From positions 356,645 through 420,644 of the forward strand of contig CAVVBS010000014.1 of assembly GCA_963746595.1 (NCBI GenBank): a DNA stretch of 64,000 nucleotides, read 5' to 3'. The position numbers and the translations under genes are program-made. Below, one piece after another: positions 57,812 through 64,000 of this stretch; within the stretch, counting starts at the first letter, position 1; each line of letters opens with the position of its first letter. The stretch comes from an uncultured Acidobacteriaceae bacterium. Lineage in GTDB: Bacteria; Acidobacteriota; Terriglobia; Terriglobales; Acidobacteriaceae. The notes beneath the pieces are model-generated. The model saw only the letters and a list, made by a program, of their open reading frames with translations, was not told the origin of the DNA and made no database searches.

Positions 57812-59128
57812 TTAGGTTGCGGGCAGCGCTGCGGAGGAATCCTTGTGCACAGAGCCTCGGTAGCCGTAATAGGCGATGTATACGTAGCAGAGCGCGGGCA
57901 GGATGAAGGCGTGGTGAATGCCGATGCGGTCTGCCAACGCGCCCTCGGCCAAGGGGATGATCGCCCCACCGACGATCGCCTGCACCAGGAGACCGGAACC
58001 CTTTGCCGTGAGTGGCCCCAAGCCATCTACACCCAAGGCAAAGATGCTGGGAAACATTACAGAATTGAAGAGTCCTACAAAAATGATGGAGCCCATCGCC
58101 AGCCAGCCGGTGCTCAGCATCGATGTCACTACCAGGATGCAGGCCACTACGGCGACCGTGCCCAGCACCGCTCGCGTGGATAACTTCTGCAGGCCAGCCG
58201 CGCCGATGAAGCGACCGATCATGGCCCCCAACCAATAAAGCGAAACCAAACCGGCGGCGGTTTTGACGCTCATGTTGCCGATTTCGGGCTGGGTAAAGTA
58301 GTTGATGAGAAAACTTCCGATCGATACCTCAGCACCGACATACAGAAAAATGCCCAGGGCACCCAAGACCAGCTGTCGCTGCTTCCACAAGTCTCTGGCG
58401 GCCGTATCGACGTCTCCCACGGGGCGGAATTCCCTGGTGGTCTCGATCTTGGGCAAGTTGAACATCGCGATCGCGAGCGCCAGGATGGTGAGCGCCAGTG
58501 CGATGCCGATATAGGGAACCTTCACGGTCGAGGCTTCCTGCTGATGGTAAGCCTGCAACGCCGGGCCTGAGAGTTGCTGCAGCTGAGTCGACGACAACGG
58601 CGCCGCGGCCAAAATAAGAATTCCCCCGACATACGGAGCAATGGTGGTTCCCAGCGAATTGAACGCCTGGGTGAGGTTGAGACGGCTGGAAGCCGTACGC
58701 GACGGGCCAAGCACAGTGACGTAAGGGTTGGCAGCCACTTGCAATGCGGTCACGCCGGTAGCCAGCACGATGAGCGCGGCTAGAAAAAGCCCAAAGGAAG
58801 GCACGTTGGCGGCGGGCACAAAGAGCAGTGCCCCGACCGCCATAACCAGCAACCCGACCACCATGGTCTTCTTGTATCCGATTTTCTCGATCACCATGGC
58901 GGAGGGAATGGCGAACACGAAGTAAGCGCCGAAGAATGCGGATTGGATCAACATCACCCGGGCATAGGTCAGCTCGAAAATCGACTTCAGGTGGGGAACG
59001 AGAATGTCATTGAGCGCGGTGAGAAAACCCCACACAAAGAACAGGGTGGTCACCATGGCCATGGCGCGATAGTTGCTGGGATAATCGCTGCTGCTTACTG
59101 ACGTCTTGGTTACGGCCGCTTGAACCAT
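57812..59128 (-). CDS. sugar MFS transporter (glucose/galactose/fucose permease family)
   Basis: TTLFFVWGFLTALNDILVPHLK motif and 12 TM segments. Intact. Confidence 0.85.
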   Translation of the reverse strand: MVQAAVTKTSVSSSDYPSNYRAMAMVTTLFFVWGFLTALNDILVPHLKSIFELTYARVMLIQSAFFGAYFVFAIPSAMVIEKIGYKKTMVVGLLVMAVGALLFVPAANVPSFGLFLAALIVLATGVTALQVAANPYVTVLGPSRTASSRLNLTQAFNSLGTTIAPYVGGILILAAAPLSSTQLQQLSGPALQAYHQQEASTVKVPYIGIALALTILALAIAMFNLPKIETTREFRPVGDVDTAARDLWKQRQLVLGALGIFLYVGAEVSIGSFLINYFTQPEIGNMSVKTAAGLVSLYWLGAMIGRFIGAAGLQKLSTRAVLGTVAVVACILVVTSMLSTGWLAMGSIIFVGLFNSVMFPSIFALGVDGLGPLTAKGSGLLVQAIVGGAIIPLAEGALADRIGIHHAFILPALCYVYIAYYGYRGSVHKDSSAALPAT

Positions 59129-59325
59129 GAGGTAGGAGCTCCGCCGGTTTCTGTGGTCCGTCTCAAACCGGGCGGATCAGCATAGTCTTGGATGCAAACC
59201 GGCAACGCCGGTCGCACCCAAAGTTAACACAGGGTTGCTCCGGGACGGAATGCACAGGTGGGTTCTTTGCCCTGGTCAATGTTAAGCTGGTGCGTTTCAC
59301 ATCCGCCTGCGAGGAATACTGGATC

Positions 59326-62300
59326 ATGCTCTCTGCCAAGCGTTTACACGGTCTCCTTTGTCTCCTCTGCCTGGCTGGGTTGGGCTGCCTCCGGGCGCCT
59401 GCCCAGGATCTAAAGGAAGCGCCGCTGCCCTCCTTACTAACTGCGGAATCGCAAAGCGTCCTGGACAAGCTAGCCAGCTTATCGGCTCTTCCCGCGCCTA
59501 GTTGGCGCTATCACGCCGGTGACCAGGCGCACGGAGAGTCGCCTTCGCTCGACGATACCGGCTGGCAACCCGTAACCGCGCCTGCGACCTTGCCCGCCGA
59601 GGCCCTGTGGATGCGGGCCACCATCGAAGTGCCCAAGAACCTTAACGGATACGACCTGACCGGCACGCAGATCTCCTTCCGGCTGCGGGTTGAAGCCGAT
59701 GATGCAGTGACCCAGATCATCTATTTCAACGGGCGCCGCGTGGCCATGGGGCCAGACCTCGAGCCAATCACGCTCTTCGCAGACGCACGACCGGGAGACA
59801 AGGTGCTGGTCGCCGTGAAGCTGCTGCACAACGAAGGTAAAAAACGATTTCGCGGCTCGGACCAGGCCATTCAATTCGCCGCCAACCGTCCCAATCCCGA
59901 GGATGTTCGGCAGGAGGTGGTTTCCGCTTCCCTGCTGCTGCCCGCTCTTGGAGAAGGCGGAAACGACACATCGCAGAAGCTGCAATCCTTCATCCATGAA
60001 GTTAGCTTGACTGCCCTAAGTGGTGCCAACCAGGACGCTTTTGATGACTCGCTGCGGGAGGCGCAAAAGGGCCTCATGACGCTCCGGCCGTTGCTGCAGC
60101 AAGCCGACATTCACCTCACCGGAAATGCTCATATTGACGCTGCGTGGCTTTGGCCATGGACGGAGACCGTCGAGGTGGTGCGGCAAACCTTCGGCACTGC
60201 TCTGCAGTTAATGGATGAGTATCCAAAATATACGTACTCGCAATCCGCGGCGGCCTACGACGAGTGGATGGAGCAGAAATATCCCCCGGAGTTTGCAGAG
60301 ATTCAAAAGAGAGTGAAAGAGGGCCGTTGGGAAATGGTGGGAGGCATGTGGGTGGAGCCTGACCTGAATATGCCCGACGGCGAGTCGCAGGTGCGGCAAC
60401 TGCTGATCGGCAAACGCTATTTCCAATCCCGTTTTGGCGTGGATGTGCGCATCGGCTGGAACCCGGATTCCTTTGGCTACAACTGGCAACTGCCGCAGAT
60501 CTACAAGCGCTCCGGGGTCGACTACTTCGTTACCCAGAAAATGGCGTGGAACGACACCAACCAGCTTCCACTCAAGCTTTTCTGGTGGCAGTCTCCGGAT
60601 GGCAGCCGGGTGCTCACTTACTTTCCCCACGACTATGTGAATGAGATCGATCCCGTCGACATGGCCAAAGCATTTGCCCACGCACGCCAAGACAATCCCG
60701 GGACGACAGAGATGATGCATCTCTACGGCATTGGGGATCACGGCGGCGGCCCTACCCGCGCCATGCTCGACTCGGGCGACCGCTGGCTTGCGCCCGACAA
60801 GGCTTATGCGCAACTCCACTTCGGCGATGCGCAGAGCTTCTTTTCCGCAGTAGAGAAAGAGTTGGACACGGCGCACGCGCCGGTGTGGAACTACAAGACC
60901 CTGGCCGCAGGTGACACCAAACTGCCCCCTCCACCGGCCGGGTTGTGGAGCCTCCCGGTCTGGAACGATGAACTCTATTTTGAGTACCATCGCGGCGTAA
61001 TGACTACCCAGGCAGCGCATAAGCGCAATATGCGCGAAAGCGAAGAGGAGATGCTGAACGCCGAGAAGTGGTCTTCGATCGCGTGGCTCAGCGGAACTCC
61101 CTACCCTGCGCCGCAGCTCAATGAAGCCTGGAAGAAGGTGCTCTTCAACCAGTTCCACGACCTCGCCGCGGGATCGGGGATTGGCGTCATCTATAAGGAT
61201 GCGCAGAAGGACTACGACATGGTCCGCTTTACTGCGGACGCGGCCACCAGGCAGGCGCTCGGCGCGATCTCCGGATATATCGATACGCAGAGCCGCAGCA
61301 AAGGTGTCCCGGTGCTGGTCTTTAATCCACTGGCCTGGGTGCGCAGCGGCGTCGTCGACTTCACTGTGCAGTTGCCGGAGGCGGCTCCGGCGATTGAGAT
61401 TGTGGATGAGGCAGGGCAGGTTCTTGCGTCGGAAAGCTCGCTCACGAACGCTGCAACACACACCTTCTCGGTCCACGCCCTGGTGCCGGATGTGGAGCGA
61501 CTGGGCTACATGTTGGTCTTTGCTCGGCCCGCCGCAGGTCGGACTCGGGCGGTTTCTGGCGTTCAGGTTAGCGCAGATGGTCATACGCTGGAGAATCAGT
61601 TCCTGCGGGTTACGGTCGACGCAAAGACTGGTTGCATTAGCAGCCTGGTGAATAAGAAAACCAATTTTGACTCCATCGTCGCAGGAGGATGCGGTAACCG
61701 GCTGCAGGCGTTCGTGGACACGCCCAAAGATTACGACGCTTGGAACATCGACGCGGACTTCGACAAGGTCTTCACCAACCTGGACATGGTCGATTCCGTG
61801 CAGCTGGCAGAGAACAATTCACTGCGCGCCGTGATCCGCGTCACGCGGCATTGGCAGGCGTCCACCTTCGTCGAAGACATCACGCTCTACAACGGTCTTC
61901 CCCGGGTCGATGTCGTTATGGATATCGACTGGCACGAGCGGCACAAGCTGCTCAAGGCGGCATTCCCTCTCGCTGCCAGCAGCTCGCAGGCTACGTACGA
62001 GATACCCTACGGCAGTATTGAGCGGCCTACGACGCGCAACAACAGTGTCGAAGACGCCAAGTTCGAGGTGCCGGCGCTGCGCTGGGCGGACCTGGGGGAT
62101 GAGAAGAACGGCTTCAGCCTGATTAACGAGTCGAAGTATGGATACGACGCCAAGGGAAACGTGCTTCGGCTCTCGTTGTTGCGGTCGCCTACATCTCCTG
62201 ACCCTGAGGCCGATCAGGGCCGCCAGCATTTTTCTTATGCGCTGTATCCCCATGCCGGAAGCTGGAAGGAGGCGCTTACCGTTCGCCAAGGGTATGACTT

Positions 62301-62673
62301 CAACTATCGCCTCGCAGCGATGCAGGTCTCGCCGCACGCGGGAAAACTACCCGGCACCTTTCATTTTCTTGATGTGGATCAGGATAACGTGGTCGTGACC
62401 GCAGTGAAGAAGACGGAGGATGGGGACGGCTTGCTGGTGCGTTTCTATGAGTGGGCCGGCAAGGGCGGGAACGTCATGTTGACGCTGCCGCCGGGCATTC
62501 TCTCAGCGAGCTTGGCCAATTTGATGGAGAAGCCGGAAGGTTCGCCGCTACCAGTTGTAGGGGGACAAAAGGTCACTGTTCCGGTTACGCCTTTTGAGAT
62601 TCAGACTGTGATTGTTCATTATCCTTCTCCTTCGCAGGGTTTTCTGGCGGGTATTGCTGGGGCGTTGAAATAA
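59326..62673 (+). CDS. GH38 alpha-mannosidase, secreted
   Basis: Signal peptide from the ATG at 59326. HIDAAWLWPW GH38 motif. About 1115 aa, intact. Confidence 0.9.
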   Translation: MLSAKRLHGLLCLLCLAGLGCLRAPAQDLKEAPLPSLLTAESQSVLDKLASLSALPAPSWRYHAGDQAHGESPSLDDTGWQPVTAPATLPAEALWMRATIEVPKNLNGYDLTGTQISFRLRVEADDAVTQIIYFNGRRVAMGPDLEPITLFADARPGDKVLVAVKLLHNEGKKRFRGSDQAIQFAANRPNPEDVRQEVVSASLLLPALGEGGNDTSQKLQSFIHEVSLTALSGANQDAFDDSLREAQKGLMTLRPLLQQADIHLTGNAHIDAAWLWPWTETVEVVRQTFGTALQLMDEYPKYTYSQSAAAYDEWMEQKYPPEFAEIQKRVKEGRWEMVGGMWVEPDLNMPDGESQVRQLLIGKRYFQSRFGVDVRIGWNPDSFGYNWQLPQIYKRSGVDYFVTQKMAWNDTNQLPLKLFWWQSPDGSRVLTYFPHDYVNEIDPVDMAKAFAHARQDNPGTTEMMHLYGIGDHGGGPTRAMLDSGDRWLAPDKAYAQLHFGDAQSFFSAVEKELDTAHAPVWNYKTLAAGDTKLPPPPAGLWSLPVWNDELYFEYHRGVMTTQAAHKRNMRESEEEMLNAEKWSSIAWLSGTPYPAPQLNEAWKKVLFNQFHDLAAGSGIGVIYKDAQKDYDMVRFTADAATRQALGAISGYIDTQSRSKGVPVLVFNPLAWVRSGVVDFTVQLPEAAPAIEIVDEAGQVLASESSLTNAATHTFSVHALVPDVERLGYMLVFARPAAGRTRAVSGVQVSADGHTLENQFLRVTVDAKTGCISSLVNKKTNFDSIVAGGCGNRLQAFVDTPKDYDAWNIDADFDKVFTNLDMVDSVQLAENNSLRAVIRVTRHWQASTFVEDITLYNGLPRVDVVMDIDWHERHKLLKAAFPLAASSSQATYEIPYGSIERPTTRNNSVEDAKFEVPALRWADLGDEKNGFSLINESKYGYDAKGNVLRLSLLRSPTSPDPEADQGRQHFSYALYPHAGSWKEALTVRQGYDFNYRLAAMQVSPHAGKLPGTFHFLDVDQDNVVVTAVKKTEDGDGLLVRFYEWAGKGGNVMLTLPPGILSASLANLMEKPEGSPLPVVGGQKVTVPVTPFEIQTVIVHYPSPSQGFLAGIAGALK

Positions 62674-62713
62674 ATGGCTTGAGCAAAGCTTACAATCTGC
62701 GTGGGAACTGAAA

Positions 62714-62755
62714 CCGCAGGTCCATCCACTTCCACTGCATGGCCGGAATGACAAA
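62714..62755 (+). repeat. diverged REP-type element
   Basis: CCGCAGGTCCATCCAC...GGAATGACAAAG. Confidence 0.4.
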
Positions 62756-62805
62756 GAGAAGCGGATCAAATGTATGGGCAGTTGCGTTTTCCCGTCGAGG
62801 GAGGC

Positions 62806-63738
62806 TTAGCCGACGACTACGCGGGCCATAGCCAGATCCAGGATCTCGGGCGTAAACACGAGGTCAGCCGTTTGCTTGCTGCGCTTGCGGTAAAGGGCGG
62901 TGGTCTCGCAGAGAGCCACGATGTCTTCCACTTCGGCAGGGTTGATCACGTTTTCCAGAATGCGCTCGCAAAAAAGATGCTCGTCGAGGCCTTGCAAGAT
63001 GAAACCGCGGCGCTTCGCTTCCTTCAGGTAGAAGGTCGTCACATCCGCGAGCATTCGCTGGGCGTCGTCTGGGATATCTTCGCGATGCGTCTTGCCTACC
63101 TTGGCTCCCGGAAGCACCAGCTTGATGCCGAAGATATTGTCCAGATCACTGTTGGCCTCGAACGAGACTGTGGTGGCAGCCACCAGAACGTTCTGCCGCT
63201 CAGATGTGGTCTCAATCAGAGCGTCGAGCTCGGTTAGAACCTCAGGGTCACCCTGCTGGTAGGCAAGGTCGATGCGGGGCAGCAGCAGCATCACCTTCTG
63301 CCATTTATAGCTGCGAACCAGGCTCTTTGCCTTGGCCAGCGCGTCGCTGTCACGGGGATTGAAGACCGTGACCACCCGGTCCATCCCAGCCAGTTGCGCG
63401 ATCTTCTGCGCCAGGCTCTTCTTGCCTGTCTGGTTGGGACCGATAATCAGCACCTCATTGCCGATCTTCAGGTCCTGATAGGCGGCTGGATTGCGCGCAC
63501 GATCGATCAGGTCGGCGATGCTGTTGAGCAGGTCGTCCATGCCCGCGACCCTCGGGCGAAGCGTGCTCACCAATTCGTCTTCCAGGCTCAGATCGATGCG
63601 CTCCTTACGCTTGCGCACCTCGGTGATGAACTCGATGAATGCCGGCAAGGCGGCTACGGAGCCGACGAAGACGGCAAAGACCAACACCTGCTCGGTGATC
63701 AGAAGCGCCGAGGTGTTGCCTGCCGCAGGGTCGAACAT
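62806..63738 (-). CDS. membrane-anchored AAA-type ATPase-like protein with degenerate Walker motifs
   Basis: N-terminal TM (LLITEQVLVFAVFVGSVAALPAFI). Walker A-like GPNQTGKKS. The Walker B position reads MLLLPRIDL (no DE). NVLVAATT sensor-like region. The ORF is open to 63933. Confidence 0.6.
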   Translation of the reverse strand: MFDPAAGNTSALLITEQVLVFAVFVGSVAALPAFIEFITEVRKRKERIDLSLEDELVSTLRPRVAGMDDLLNSIADLIDRARNPAAYQDLKIGNEVLIIGPNQTGKKSLAQKIAQLAGMDRVVTVFNPRDSDALAKAKSLVRSYKWQKVMLLLPRIDLAYQQGDPEVLTELDALIETTSERQNVLVAATTVSFEANSDLDNIFGIKLVLPGAKVGKTHREDIPDDAQRMLADVTTFYLKEAKRRGFILQGLDEHLFCERILENVINPAEVEDIVALCETTALYRKRSKQTADLVFTPEILDLAMARVVVG

Positions 63739-64000
63739 ATGGGCAGGATAGCAGGCAGCCGTGTCCCGAATTTCCTTTACGCTGCACAGGACGCGACCGC
63801 GGGTGGGGCCTTCATTAAGGAAGGCCCCATGAACTCTACCAACGCCAACCAACACAACAGGGAATTCGCGGTCAAGGGTTATCTTCAGCGTTACCCGTAA
63901 CCAAAGATGGATTCCCTCGAGCGATGGTTCCACTAGACTTCATAGGGCGTGGGAACCATTCCAAGCAGGACGCAAAAGAGCCTTGTGCAGGCCCTCGCCA

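Noticed and set aside
60208-61584. 458-aa ORF on the minus strand
   Set aside because: It is antisense to the GH38 alpha-mannosidase gene, has a low-complexity Arg-rich composition, and is a shadow ORF.

Overview
GC-rich chromosomal segment. Its gene content points to an Acidobacteriota (Terriglobia-like) genome: two ADOP-type MacB-like permeases (one with PadR regulators directly upstream), a TIGR03436-type VWFA protein, CarboxypepD_reg-type secreted proteins, and many glycoside hydrolases and sugar transporters. I can support about 60 protein-coding loci and one tRNA-Val(UAC). I found no rRNA, CRISPR array, cas genes or phage structural genes.

Layout:
- 0-12 kb: regulators (ArsR, GntR/FadR, two PadR), a VWFA protein, ADOP permease 1 and a 734-aa secreted heme-motif propeller protein.
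- 12.5-14.1 kb: type-B carboxylesterase.
- 14.07-21.12 kb: a visibly lower-GC, heavily degraded integrative island. It holds a UPF0175/DUF3368-PIN pair, an inverted-repeat-bounded 1.2 kb cassette, tyrosine integrase debris, a Rap1a-like gene, an SGNH-Big_2 gene and an HTH plus membrane protein pair.
- 21.3-35.5 kb: a 5'-truncated ADOP permease 2, zwf, SDR, a DUF4038-like glycosidase, a DSD1 PLP enzyme, a Gfo/Idh/MocA gene, MFS and an NHL propeller.
- 36.3-41.0 kb: an NMT1/THI5-type ABC importer operon with an embedded amidohydrolase.
- 41.6-52.5 kb: quinohemoprotein dehydrogenase, methyltransferase, MarR, 5'-3' exonuclease, GH105, FucP and a Zn-ADH/SDR/epimerase/UlaD-like operon.
- 52.9-64 kb: GH13, tRNA-Val, YidB, ROK kinase, sugar MFS, GH38 alpha-mannosidase and a degenerate membrane-anchored AAA protein.

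The most unusual observations:
1. At least about 27 reading-frame breaks, strongly clustered at 41.6-52.5 kb and in the island, while several long neighbouring genes are intact.
2. Three families of intergenic repeats. These are a 121-nt MITE-like element in two copies, a 175-nt element in direct copies flanking the sugar operon, and a strand-biased CAGGTCCCTC...GGGATGACAA REP family that includes a 150-nt hairpin.
3. A roughly 1.2 kb cassette bounded by 41-58 nt inverted repeats with internal 9-mer sub-repeats, next to integrase remnants.
4. Several palindromic candidate operators.

I did not find a complete, convincing novel multi-gene system. The candidates below are leads, not demonstrations. 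All protein-family calls come from reading motifs in the supplied translations, not from database searches.
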